Positions 26,086 to 39,840 of a DNA stretch of 64,000 bases are shown piece by piece; the first letter of the stretch is position 1; every line of letters begins with the position of its first letter. Both the position numbers and the translations under genes were made by a program. Origin of the DNA: Octopus bimaculoides (taxonomy: Eukaryota); assembly GCF_001194135.2 (NCBI RefSeq), contig NC_068995.1:54003227-54067226 (forward strand). The letters are read 5' to 3'. The notes beneath the pieces are model-generated. The model was not told the DNA's origin and did not search any database. It saw nothing but the letters and a program-made list of their open reading frames with translations.

Positions 26086-26450
26086 ATGACTGCTGAAATT
26101 ACTGAGTCAGAAAAGGGTCGTAAGACGTTGGTTGATAATGGACATACATGCTATAAGAATGGGGGAAATGGTGACGTATTTATTGGAAGTGCGAAAAATA
26201 TCCAAAAACAATATAATTGCTCGCATAATTACTGTAAAGGATGAAATTGTGAAATCTTCCACCGACCATAATCATATATTAGACGGCGCGATTGCAGCAA
26301 AAGAAGCCCTTTCAAAAATACGTCAACTGGCTAAGTCAACACAAGATGCACCCGCTCAGTTGTATCTGGTGTTCTCGATGATTGCGATCAAGCTGTTGCC
26401 TCCAAACTGCTAAAATTGCAAAGTACTAAGAGAACAATAATATCTATAAA
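26086..26450 (+). pseudogene. FLYWCH zinc-finger relic, probably from a Mutator-like (MULE) transposase
   Basis: Across three frameshifts: MTAEITESEKGRKTLVDNGHTCYKNGGNGDV / YWKCEKYPK / ARIITVKDEIVKSSTDHNHILDGAIAAKEALSKIRQLAKSTQDAPAQ / VVSGVLDDCDQAVASKLLKLQSTKRTI. The S.KG..L...G, YWKC, ARI and HNH hallmarks are present. Confidence 0.8.
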
Positions 26451-29400
26451 GCATCATCCAAATTCGAAAATATCAATTATCAGAAGTGTCCCAGTCATAG
26501 CCATTCTGTCTTTTTTTTTTGGGGGGGGGGGTATAGACTACATTAAAGAAATGTGTCCTTAATTCCTGAGGGTGCAATTGTGAGATTTGAAGGAAAATGG
26601 CTGCCATTTGTAAAATGCTACATCGTAACTTCACTGGATCACTCATTCGAAATATATCTATGAAGCCAAATTTGAGAACGGCAGCTCGGAATTTGATGCT
26701 GGTTCTTTATTAACAAGTAGCAATATTTCTTTTATGTCTTCCGCTCCTGGGTAAATTTAGCAGTTAAAATCGAATGATCTGCTTAAAAGTTTTGAGAAGA
26801 GTAAAGTTTTACACATATACTAACTTTCAGAAACTGTTTTCAGAGCTTACACTGTCTTCACTCAGTAGAGCATCAGTTGCTTCATTTAGCTAATATCTTG
26901 GATAGTGCATTCGTGGAGAAATTTCGAAGTTTAATGCCTTTACAGGATTTATTGTGTGTATGAGTATTATCTCTTTCCGAAATTTATCGATCATTCTCTC
27001 TCCGTTATTTTGGCAGATATAATCTTTAGCAATACTTGTCTTATGTTCTATTTAAAGTTAATATAGGACATTGCCAGGATGAACGTAACCCTCCGGCGAA
27101 TAAAGATGTCAAACAAACTATTTTACTGCATCCAAAGATGTCAGTTACATGCGAGAGTTAATCTCCATATATATTTCTACTAGTCGTAGTCGTCGTTGTT
27201 AAGTAAAGAGACATATGAATCAAGGAAACATAATGTGCACACTGCAGGTTTACTATAGCAGCTATGCTCTGGCTGTAACATGTACTGTGACAAACCAAAA
27301 GATCAAGAACGGCATCAGTGAATGTAAGTAACGCAAACATGTAATATATTGAGGTGAATAATTCGTATTAAATGAGTTTATCAGTATCATTTTCAAACGA
27401 AATAATAAAATTGTGTTCCTACCACGTGTTTGCATCGCGAATTGACTGTTTTCACTTGGTTGAAATTATTAAAGCAATTGGTAGTCAATCAGTTATAAAC
27501 ACAACTAGAAAGTAGTGGTTATAAGAGAAAGCAAAATGCAACGAAAATACCTCTAATATCAGCCAAATAATTTTCTTCAGTTATAAAATCGAATAGAAGT
27601 ACACCTTATCTTTAAAGCTAAATTGTAAACGCAATATACGTGTCCTAGTTTTACAGCAAAGCATATTCGACGCAACTGGCATTAAGAAAAGAAACAATTT
27701 GGAAGGACTATGAGTAACATGGATAATAGGTTTTCTTAAATAAAGTGTCTGAGGAATCGTCATGCATATTGCATATATATAGGTTAAGATCTGACACGTA
27801 ATATAGTGTGCTTAAAAACTTCGTTTATTCAAAGACTTTCATATAACCCTGTACTGTTTATTCCAAAATCTGGTGAACAGAAAATTGTTGGCCGTTCCGA
27901 AACAACAATGTACCTTCGTATACAATCGACAAATTAATGTCATTTGGTAACAGGCCAAAAATATTGTGGCCTATCGTAAACGATGGAACGGTTTTGTTAT
28001 CGAATGTAAAGAGACAATAGATGGGAATTAAATGTTAAATAAACAATACTCTTGTGTGGTGTGTACTTGGCAGCAATAACAAAGAACTATCGGAAATATC
28101 TATACACAGTTAACGCTAGCGGTGGTCTGAATCAATACAACACAAATATAAAGTTTATGCAATATTTAATTATATTCGTTAAGAGTAATCAAATAAGTAC
28201 TTGTAGCGATATGAACAACGAGGCTGATGGGAAATACCTCAGAGAAACTTCCTGCATGATATATATACAAAAGTCTTATATGGGTAATGAGTGGGGATAT
28301 GATTAAGAAACTTTCGATTTTAAAATTGTTCTAGAAGTCTTTACATCAGAAACCGTGTGTTGAAACCAATCTTGTTTATTTTGGATAAACCCTAATTGAT
28401 ATATTTTATAAGCATACCAATTGTTTGCCAATTTTTCAAAGTGTTCTCGAAAAAGGCAAAATATGTTATTGGTGAGTGTTTTCTTTAAGAAAAAATCGAA
28501 TGAATAATAGAAGAAATGTTTTGAGTGTGTGTATGAGATTAATCAGCTACAATCCATCCCAGATATAACGAAAAATAAGTTTGAAGTGCAAATACAAGAT
28601 ATGTTGTAGCGTCTCAAATCAACAAGCAAGCGAGACAGTTACAGTTATATCATCTAATCCTTGGAAAATAATTGCAATAGTGTTAAGAGTAGAGCTTCAC
28701 TAAAGTAATCGAATCTTGAGTGAAGCATACAGCCATGTCTACATTCGAAGCTCAGTTTCTGTCAATAATGCGTATTCTACAACTTTTTATTAATGAAAGC
28801 CTGAAATGTATTCTTTGATCCCATACTTAAAACGACAAACATGCACAAAATAAAACCAATGTTATAAGATTACCACGTATAACAGAAGATAGCGTAGAAG
28901 CAACACATTATTCGAAATTGATTATAATATGTTTGTCAATCAACTTTGTGTATATCGACTTCATGAACTGTTTCTCAGCGGCAGTAGAATATGTATCAGT
29001 CCCTTTCAGGAATACATCTAATCAGCTATATACCTTTAGAATGTAAGATGTCCCACAATTATTCCACAATGTTCAATATGTGATCATTAATCTTAAGAAA
29101 TGTAAAGTACAGACGTCAATATTCTATAGTATTTTGTTGGGTGTCTCATACCTCTATCTTCAAAACAACTACTAGTATCAAATCTTCCTTTCATTCGTAC
29201 GGTGAAATATAATAGTTAGCTGGTAATTCGATTTATTATACCATGTCCCTTAGATACAAAGTACTACTTGGTTCATCAAAGGCCGTTTCAAATTTTAACA
29301 CATGTTCGATCTGATGTAGCAGTTGAACTACTTTCAAACAACATTTTCAAGTTTGTTTCCGGAAACAAAAATATCCCATTAAAAAGCATACCAAATGAAT

Positions 29401-32400
29401 AATCTTTAAAGCTATATATCATATTATTACGGAAAAAAAAAGAACTTTCTTAGTTTCGTTTCATCAGCCATTTCGATAGATTTTGATGCAATTTCTAAGG
29501 ATTTTCGAAAAGTGAGAAATAAATGCATTTCATATATCTTCCAGTCAGCCGGATGCCTATACTAGAGGTGAATCGAAATATAACCATTTGAGGAGATATA
29601 GGCTAGCTGATAGCGATTTGTAGGATATAGAACCTGCAGTCAAAAATCAATATACTGTATTTTACCAGAGATAAGATGCTAGAGCTTTGCCAAATCTTTC
29701 GCTACAAACATGTTAGATGCATAAGTAATTTATAGAATTAGAACGAATGTATCGGGATGGATAATAATGATGGATTTGATAATCATTAAGTATATAATTA
29801 AATAATAAAAACCTCAATATCAACAACAAAAAGAATATCAGTAATAACAATGATGATGATAATGATAATCCTATTATTTCTTTAATAATATTTATTTGTC
29901 ATTTATTTAGATTTCAAATTCTATTACTCTCTACACTTCCATTACGATTTACTCTTGCTATCAATGTTGCTGTGTTGTCTTAAGTCAGCTGGGATCGAGC
30001 ATGTCTAAGAACAAAGCTACTCCTTCGTTTGTTTAAGATACCAAAGTATAAATTTAAGGGTATTGTGATGCTATGTTTAAGTGACATATATCTACGTGGA
30101 GGCTTCTTCTTTAACACATTTTCAGTTTAGCCTCTCAGAGTACAAACGAGCAGTTGTTGTTTCTGGGTCGATAAATAGCCAGGTAGAGCACCCAGTGTAG
30201 AGTAGTGTCGTGTCACAAATATTAGCTTTTGCCTCGATGTAATCAAATTACGTGTACTTTTCATGTTTGTGTGATCTTTGCTTTCACACAATTTTTGAAT
30301 ATATTTACAAGTTGATTCGTAGAACCATGTTATTCCTATCACAGAAATCAGGGAGACGTGCTACCTGTTACGTGTATTCGATAAGAGTTGATTGAATACG
30401 AAAACATCCTACCGTGTTCAGGTTCATCTGCTTACGTTCTGAATAAAACTTTAAACAAGACTTATTTTAACTTCTTTTTCTTTAAACTTCAGTGATTTTA
30501 TGAAGTTGTTTCATGGCCCCATGCGTTTGTGATATACGTTGCAGAAAGACGAGACTCCATCCCTGCGGACTAAACGTTGAATATATATGTGGGCGATTTA
30601 TAGCAATAAGTCGAGTTGCTTTTCAAGAATACTGTTTAAGATTGTTGTGACTGTCGCAACTGCACCACACCTCATGCAGGGACAGTTTTCGTTAGTTAGT
30701 TTCACTTGAAATCCTTGGTGAGGTAGTATTTATTAGATAGGTAGCGAACAAATTCTGGGTGTGAAGAAGTAAGCCATGGTCTGTTATGTATTTTGGATCA
30801 TATTAAAATGCGTCAGGAGAGATTATCAGTGAATATGTAGGCTAGTATCTGTAGCGACCTTGACAATATATTTAGACGCTCTCCATGCTTAACCAATTAA
30901 GACCCACTGTCGTATAAACAGGGCACTAAATGAGAACATTAAATAAGCTATATCGCATTGTCGCAGTGTCCTATTTATAGGACATCGAGTATTTCCATAT
31001 CTACTTGAAGTAATGGAGTTTTAATAATCATTTTGCTTTTCATTTTAACTTATTTTCAATCATTTGTAAAAATTTAAAAGTAATATTCAGAAATCTAAGT
31101 ACTCTGAGACTTAATGGGTGCAGAATGAGGCGATACTTTCGCCCTGTTATTTGTAACAATGGAATCGCTTTTAGGCTGTTGAGACAAAAGACATTGTCAA
31201 AACTGGATTTTGAGGATAAAACTACTTTCTCGGTTAGCATATAACTCACGAGTGTGATATTTCCTAATAGTAGCGACAGTATAGATTAAGTATCGTGAGT
31301 GGCAGAAAAATAAAATAAAAAAAGAAACATTGAAAGACGATGGCAAGATACAAAGAATAATCACTGAGAACGCTCGGGGTTTTTAAAGAAGATATAAAAT
31401 TTAGGACAACAAGGAGAAAATTAATAAGTTGCTTAAAAGTTATTGTAAGACTTCTGTCTTGATGTTTCTTTAAAAGTACGTGAATAACGCAATTTCAATG
31501 ATGTATAGATTTTTTGAAATTAGAGTATATTGTTGAAGTAATCCCTCCGGTAGTAGAGGCAATATTGAGCCACATAATAATCTTGTGATTGCAGATGATT
31601 TAGAGTTCTGTGTTGAAATATATATATAAAACATTCGTCATTGTTATTTTCGGTGTATATGAGATTCTTCAATCCTTTCTCAAATCAAAAGCAAAGATGA
31701 AGCTTAGAAATGAGGAATTGCTGTTTGAGAGAGAGAGGGAGAGAGAGAGAGCGAGAGAGAGAGAGAGAGAGGGGGGAGAGGACAAGAAGAAGAAAAAGAA
31801 GAAATATGTTTATGCCATTGAAAACTGCATGTTTATAATTCGCAGAGATTTTTCAGATGAGTGTTTGCGAAAATGTTTGTGTGGTGCTTCACATAAAATT
31901 TGCTATGAGGCTGCTTTTGATCAATAACGACTGTCAGCTTAGATACTAACACTGAATCGAAAATGAAAAAGAACGAAACTTAAGTATGCGGGCAATAATA
32001 CGACTATCGACAGATATTACAAATCACTGCTGTAATAATAGCAATAATAGCCCCTTAGATAAACATATCTAGCTCTTGATATTTTAATTAGATAATAGAC
32101 ATACGTTTGATTTAATTATTTCTCAAACTTGAAAGTTACATTTTTTATATCCTACGGAAATGCAAAATGCAAAACTCGCCTTAACGAGATTTGAACTAAA
32201 GAATGTTATATATTCTAATATATTTTTAAATTCTGTACCTATTTTGTCTTTTATAGCCTTTTCTGTAAATGGCAGTATCATAATTAGTTTTCTTATATTT
32301 ATTATTGTTTATTTCGTGTTGGTATTGATATTGTGTCGTTGTTGTTAATAGATTTATTTCGGAAAGAGAAAAATATTGAAGTGCGATACCATTTAGATAT

Positions 32401-35400
32401 TGTAGGTTTCCTTTATTGTAAAGCATTTTTATTTACAGTGGTAGTTCTCGGATTATTGTGTAGTAAGTTAATCCAATTACGTGGCAGTAAACTTCAGGAA
32501 TTGTTTGCAACATTCTTATTTTGAAATTGAATTTTGGTTTATACTTCAAGGCTAAAAAGTCTCAAAATTTCAATATTTCTAACCATCTATAGTTCCTTTC
32601 GTAAATTTGAGTTCGTTTTTTCATGTTACTGTGTAGAATAAGAAAGAGTAAGATGCTTCGGTTGTTATGGTAACAGTGTATGTTTATATTATTATTTTCA
32701 AGTTTAGAAAGTTTGCTTTCGTTCTAACTTCATTACGAAAGGCATTACTCTCTCGAATAACAACATCTCCACCATAATTTCCAGACTTTCCACTCACAGA
32801 TAAATAACAGTCTAAACAAAAAAAATTCTATATTCACTAGACCTGCTAAAGATGACTGTCACATCTCAGAGAAATCGCATCACATTGTCTTGAAACATAT
32901 ATTGGGTAATGTGTTTCTGGTCTTCAGATATCATCACTCTGATAAGTACATCGTGTTGTGCTACGGAGAGCGATAGGAACCAATGTTTGTGGGAGTAAGT
33001 CCTATCTAGCTGCAGTGACGTCTCCGTTTCGCTGCGATTACGGTTGCATACAAAGTTCATTCAGTAAACATCACTTAAATTAATTTTCTATCTGTGAGTA
33101 TTTTACCTGGTCTCAGGCAACGACAAAGAGCGTATATTCATAACCTTTGTGGACCTTTTGAGAATAGTCGCATTCACAAGGATGGAACCTATCTTGAAAT
33201 GTTGCACGTCAATGGGATTAAACATAATAAATTGGAAATTACTCGCGTAAATTTTATATATGATAGGCGGTATCAGCTGCAGAACACTATAGCTTTTACT
33301 AAGTTCGCTGGAAAGTCATTCATAGGAAATTAGTATTTCAACCGAAGCGTTAAGATATACATCATAAAGAAGAACCTTAACTTATGTCTTCCATGATAAA
33401 AATGTGAAAAGATTCTGACATCCATACTTTGTTTCTAAATCTTGTTTGTAGTTCAAAAGATTATGTTAGGTTTCGTATTATTTATTTTATGCAGAAACTT
33501 TCTCGGATTCAGTGCTAATACAACAAAATCGAGATTAGTTTTATTTTCATAAAGATGCTCAGAGTCTATGTTCTCTTGGAATATCATTGGTGATCAAATA
33601 CTTTAGAATTTTATTTAGCATAAAATCAGAAGCTGTTCACGAAACGGAAATTCTTTGCTTCAAGATGTTGATCTCAGTTTAGCTCCTCATCGATAAGGAA
33701 CTAAGATATAAGCAACGAATAACAAATTCTTCACAATCAGGTTTAAACTATAACAACGGCTAAAATTCAACTCATCAGTGAAGAGAAAGGGATGGATGCC
33801 AATCATAATCATATGAACCAGTAATAGGGGGAATATACCTACTCTTCCTATTACAGGAATTGGTGACTGAGCCATTGATTAGTCCGTTTTTTTTGTGCAT
33901 GGAAAAACGATAGCACGAGAAGAACGTGCTAAAGTCTTGCATTTTATATTTTCAGTATGTTTAGAAGTCCTGTTTTTTTGGCTGATTATCTTCTTTATTT
34001 CTGAGAGGAAGCAAATGTCTCTTAATGTTAGCAATTTCCTTCCTAATAGCAATGAATCTAATGAGCATTTGGTGAAACTTTTCAAAGGACATTTGTTTTT
34101 GCCCTCGCTGACCAACGCTGGTTTCCTCAGATTTAGGAATTTAACCTGTGTATTCTCAAGTCGGCAATCTTTGTTGTGCATCGAGAGAAAATTACTCTAA
34201 CCATTAACCCACGCTCGGGGTTCAGTTTTCTGACTAATTCTGTAAGGAAAGACGGTTGAGATGGCGAAAAAATAGAAAATTAGGAAGAAGTCTGTCTCTA
34301 GCATGGGAATCGTCTGTATAGTTATTAAACTACATAGACTCATATATAATGAACGGGATAGAGTCTCACCTTAATAGTTGCAAAGAGAGATGCGAAAAGA
34401 AAGAATGAATAGAAATAAGAAAACAGAGAAGTGGATACCTAATCAAATTAATATAACACTCTGGTGTGAGACGATTGCATTAAGGCTGGAGAATAAAATG
34501 GACAAAATAGATGTAGTGATGGAAACAAACGTGGAAAAGAAATCGATAACGGACTGGGGTTAATGCTGTGAAGTGCGAGTTTCATTCTATAAGGTCAGTT
34601 GTTGAAGAGAAATGGGCCAGATACATTGAAACGAAGGAGTTCTAGGGAAAATATATAAGAGCTTTTAGTAGGAATAAGTTGTATCCTTGGAGACTAATAC
34701 TGCTGTTTGAGTTAATAATTCTCAATATTCGCTTGCTCTCATAATTCATCATTCATTCCCTTCCTAGTCCACATATATATTGACGCGCAATGGCATACAA
34801 ATGTAGGGGCACACGAGTACACATACAGACATACACAGAGATTCCTCCCCCACATACACTCACACACACATAAGTATATATATATACATATATATATATA
34901 TANNNNNNNNNNNNNNNNNNNNNNNNNNNNNNNNNNNNNNNNNNNNNNNNNNNNNNNNNNNNNNNNNNNNNNNNNNNNNNNNNNNNNNNNNNNNNNNNNN
35001 NNNNNNNNNNNNNNNNNNNNNNNNNNNNNNNNNNNNNNNNNNNNNNNNNNNNNNNNNNNNNNNNNNNNNNNNNNNNNNNNNNNNNNNNNNNNNNNNNNNN
35101 NNNNNNNNNNNNNNNNNNNNNNNNNNNNNNNNNNNNNNNNNNNNNNNNNNNNNNNNNNNNNNNNNNNNNNNNNNNNNNNNNNNNNNNNNNNNNNNNNNNN
35201 NNNNNNNNNNNNNNNNNNNNNNNNNNNNNNNNNNNNNNNNNNNNNNNNNNNNNNNNNNNNNNNNNNNNNNNNNNNNNNNNNNNNNNNCACATATACACAC
35301 ACACACATATATATATATATATATCCATCATTCTTTCGTACTCTCTCTTTTGTGGCTTGTATATCTGTATGTATGTATGTATGTATGTATGTATGTATGT

Positions 35401-35889
35401 GAGAGTGTAAGTGTGTGTGTAGGTGTGCGTGCGTGTGTGTATATGTATATGTATATAAATGATTTTTGTCGAAATCGTATGCCAAAACTCATCATTTTCG
35501 TCCGACATCGCAATGTTTCAAATGAATGTTGAAACGTGTTCGCACCCATACAACCACACGCACACACACACACACACATACACACACACACACACACACA
35601 CATTAATAGTACAAGTTTCCAAGACCAGAAATGGGAATCAAATATAAAAGAATTTAAATGAATTGTTATATACTGCTATACTGGACGGAAGAATATTACA
35701 AGAATGATAATTTATAGAAAATGAACAACAGACTGCAGATCTTTATAATCTACCAGATTAGCAGTGTACAATGTGATATAGAATCTGTTTTGGAGAAAAT
35801 GACATATTTATTATGGATAAAGCATATTAAGTAAATATATAAAATATATGTATATATTATATTAGAAGATACAATGGAAGCATAAATCT

Positions 35890-36330
35890 ATCGGTATATA
35901 AATATTGGAAGACCTACACGTAAATATGTGTTTTTCGGTCTACATAACTTATAACGATTTTATATACATCTGGAACAAATATTCAAGTGTGTACGTATCA
36001 CTAGTGAGAGAGAGATATAAAATCCTTGAAATATGAGAGGTCCTCAGTTAGCCCAGTCACCATCATCGAAATACTCTCTCAGATGAAGCACATAATTTCT
36101 ATAACTAGGACTCTATTGTAAAACCTGTTTCTATTACTCAGGGTCCGAAAATATTCCATCCTCCTGCATTTTGTGAAACTCAATAAATTTCAAATGACAT
36201 TTATAATCTAGTACTGCTCCTACACCAATCAAATCCGATTCAAAACATATTCTAATTTTCAACATGAACTCCCTATAAAAATAAGGCAAGCTTCAAACAC
36301 TAGTCACAAGCAAGACAGTTGCGAAATAAG
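35890..36330 (+). mobile_element. Possible very degenerate Penelope-like RT fragment
   Basis: aac gat ttt ata tac atc tgg aac = NDFIYIWN (cf. DDCFIIW at 1940), and later gac att tat = DIY. The frame is otherwise broken. Confidence 0.3.
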
Positions 36331-36463
36331 CCGCGTCTTTCTATCTAAAGTCTTTGAAAATAAGTGAAACCAGTTAAAACTTCAAATCTATTAATAAAAA
36401 TATTTCAATTATTCTCAGTAAATTTCCTATATTTCTACTCCTAAGGAATAAAATAACTTTGTT

Positions 36464-36522
<59 letters not shown>

Positions 36523-36616
36523 CTTTCTCTCTCTGTATGTTTATATATATATATATATATATATACACACTGACTTTCTCTAGAATAACTACACTAAACT
36601 AGTTTCATCTATTTCA

Positions 36617-37120
36617 TTGGGGCGATTATCTCCCCTGTCAGCGTATATATATATGCAGATATTGTTTTCACAGCATTAAAAGTTTTTAACTCATATTTCT
36701 ATAGATAGAGATGCTTCAGCACACTCACTCGCATTTAGTGTCGATAAGACTTTCTTCATGGTTTTGTTTCACGCTTAGCTGTTTATATTAATTTTTGATA
36801 TACCCATTACCATTTCGCTAAATCAGCCATATACTGATTATACATACTGGCAGATAGATTTAGCTGAACTAACGACAATTTGAGTAGTTACTACTGATGA
36901 TGCCTACGAAATTGGCGAAAATAATGTATGCTAATGATTATAGGTACGGTCATGAGACGATTATCCCCCTTGTTAATGTAGTTGTATTGTGCTCTTCTTA
37001 CAGCAATACGATATTTTAAATCTGATTTCTAGCAATATAGGTGCTTCGGCTACCTCAGTCACATTTACCGACGATAATTTTTTATGTCATTATATTGCAC
37101 TTAGCTGTTTATATTAATTT
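36617..37120. repeat. Diverged direct duplication, about 330-bp period
   Basis: Exact 21-mer cttagctgtttatattaattt at 36774 and 37100. Colinear partial matches occur upstream (gattatc.ccc, acagca.ta, atttcta, tgcttc.gc, cgataa). Confidence 0.75.
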
Positions 37121-37270
37121 CTATACACACCCACGCACGCGCTCACACACACATATATATGTATGTGTGCGTACTAACATTTATATACCCAGGCAATACA
37201 TGTAGAAGTTTTATTTTGATTTCACATGAACAAATATTTACTTCAACTAAGTTTTATATGAACGCACACA

Positions 37271-37362
<92 letters not shown>

Positions 37363-37704
37363 GATAGATAGATATATGTATACATACATATATATTCTGG
37401 ATATGCGTGAAGAAAATGTATCTACAGATGTAAGGAAAATGTGTGATGCAAAATATACAACCATGAATTAAAAAAATTAAAAAACTATATATGTAGAATT
37501 GTATGCGTGATTATGTATATGTAAATATACATATGTGCGTGCGTGTGCGTGTGTGTGTGTGAGTGTCTGTGTGTGATTGTGTGTGTAGTTTATGGTTCCG
37601 TTCAAGTAAATTGAAAAAGAAAATAATCCATCCAGCGAAGGATAAATGATACAAATACCAGCATAGATACACACATACATACCTACGTACATACATATAT
37701 ACAC

Positions 37705-37735
<31 letters not shown>

Positions 37736-37777
37736 CATATATATATGTATATATATATATATATATATGTGCATATA

Positions 37778-37822
<45 letters not shown>

Positions 37823-38395
37823 NNNNNNNNNNNNNNNNNNNNNNNNNNNNNNNNNNNNNNNNNNNNNNNNNNNNNNNNNNNNNNNNNNNNNNNNNNNNNN
37901 NNNNNNNNNNNNNNNNNNNNNNNNNNNNNNNNNNNNNNNNNNNNNNNNNNNNNNNNNNNNNNNNNNNNNNNNNNNNNNNNNNNNNNNNNNNNNNNNNNNN
38001 NNNNNNNNNNNNNNNNNNNNNNNNNNNNNNNNNNNNNNNNNNNNNNNNNNNNNNNNNNNNNNNNNNNNNNNNNNNNNNNNNNNNNNNNNNNNNNNNNNNN
38101 NNNNNNNNNNNNNNNNNNNNNNNNNNNNNNNNNNNNNNNNNNNNNNNNNNNNNNNNNNNNNNNNNNNNNNNNNNNNNNNNNNNNNNNNNNNNNNNNNNNN
38201 NNNNNNNNNNNNNNNNNNNNNNNNNNNNNNNNNNNNNNNNNNNNNNNNNNNNNNNNNNNNNNNNNNNNNNNNNNNNNNNNNNNNNNNNNNNNNNNNNNNN
38301 NNNNNNNNNNNNNNNNNNNNNNNNNNNNATATATATATATATGCTTGTGCGTGTGTGTGAGTACGTGTTTGCCTGACTTTGCACGAATGTTTATC

Positions 38396-38435
<40 letters not shown>

Positions 38436-39689
38436 TATAAACATATATGTACACCTATACATGTATACGCACACACACACACATACACACACACACACAC
38501 ACACACGCAAGTACAACACACATGTAGAAATCAGGTAAAAGTCACAAACTTGCATACACTCACCAACCTTTAAGCGCACACACACACGCACCCAAACCAA
38601 AGACATATGAAAATAATTTACATTAAATATGCATCCCTAATTATGATTTTCTCATCACTTTCAACGCATATTTCATCGAACTTGCATATATAACTTTCTT
38701 CAAATATATCACTTGAGCGGGAACCCTACTCACAATATTATAATTCAGAGTAAATCTCTCCCATGGGATCTCAATAAATCTCCGTGTGATATCATACGAA
38801 CAATATATTAAAGATTTTAACAGCAAGGATAATCCTATAGTAAAATGTATATATTAGAGATTAGCAACGGAATATTAATTACAAAGTATGCTTTCCTTGC
38901 GAATATCTAATTTATACATCCCTTCTCCTGTTTTCTATGACTTCATTGACTGTTTAGTCAGTGTTAAGCTATTTCGATTTGACGGAATTTCGATCTGCTA
39001 TTCGTTGATGCGCTGCCTATTTCCGAGGAAGCGCAAATTAACTGTATTTGCTCCCATATGTTTCGTTCCTCAATGTGTTACATCAGTTACTTTCTAAATA
39101 TTCTCATCTTGCTGTTATTCACACAGATTCCCTGTACTCCTCTATGAACCTACCTTGATCATTGTTTCACATTTTGTTCATAACTACGTGCGATTATTGT
39201 TTCCTGTTTTGTCTTAACTTCTACTTACATGTTTTCACATTTCTTCTTTCTTCGTGTAAAATGACCTGTGAATTAACATATATTCCTGTAGATTAATGTT
39301 TTCTTCATTTTCTTTTATTTCGTGTATATTTATTTATGCCTTTGAATAACTATACTTATAGCATTTGTTCACCTGTCTCATTTCAGCTTTGTATGCATTC
39401 TGACTTCTACTGTCTGCTGCAACATGTAATTACTTTCTACCGTACGGATGCCTGTATTTAAGTTTGTCGTGTTTACGTATATTCTCCATATTCTACAATT
39501 ATATTAGCACTGTATTGATGCACTTATTTGTAAAGATTTACGTATAAACATGAACATAAGTATGTGCATCCTTGTTTTTATGAGTATATGCTTATGTAAC
39601 GAGTATGTACATAGTTATCCTTATGTTTGGGCGTATATAACTAATTATATATATCGTTAGATATCAGTTTCATCCTGTCTAGTTTCTCT

Positions 39690-39840
39690 CTCTGCTTATT
39701 TCTATGTACCTTTCTGTTGAAGAGCGTAGGCTCGAAACCTAAAAGACTCTTACTTTCAGAGCCTTAAACAAATACATCTGTTTGTTTCTTTGTTCTTGTA
39801 AATTCTTTGTCTTTTTGTTCTTGTAAATTCCAACTATATC
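39690..39840 (+). mobile_element. Penelope-type terminal (pseudo-LTR) segment
   Basis: ...tgaagagcgtaggctcgaaac.taaaagact... followed by a T-rich tail with a duplicated tttgttcttgtaaattc. This is the typical layout of PLE ends (recall). Confidence 0.65.
39710..39745 (+). ncRNA. Degenerate minimal type-I hammerhead ribozyme motif
   Basis: cttt[CTGtTGA]a[gagc-gtag-gctc][GAAAC]cTA[aaag]: stem I 4 bp, stem II 4 bp. Substitutions at A6 (to U) and at 16.2 (G to C). Confidence 0.6.

Noticed and set aside
32662-32675. gttgttatggtaac matches the RFX X-box consensus
   Set aside because: The degenerate consensus is expected several times by chance in 64 kb on both strands, and there is no promoter context.
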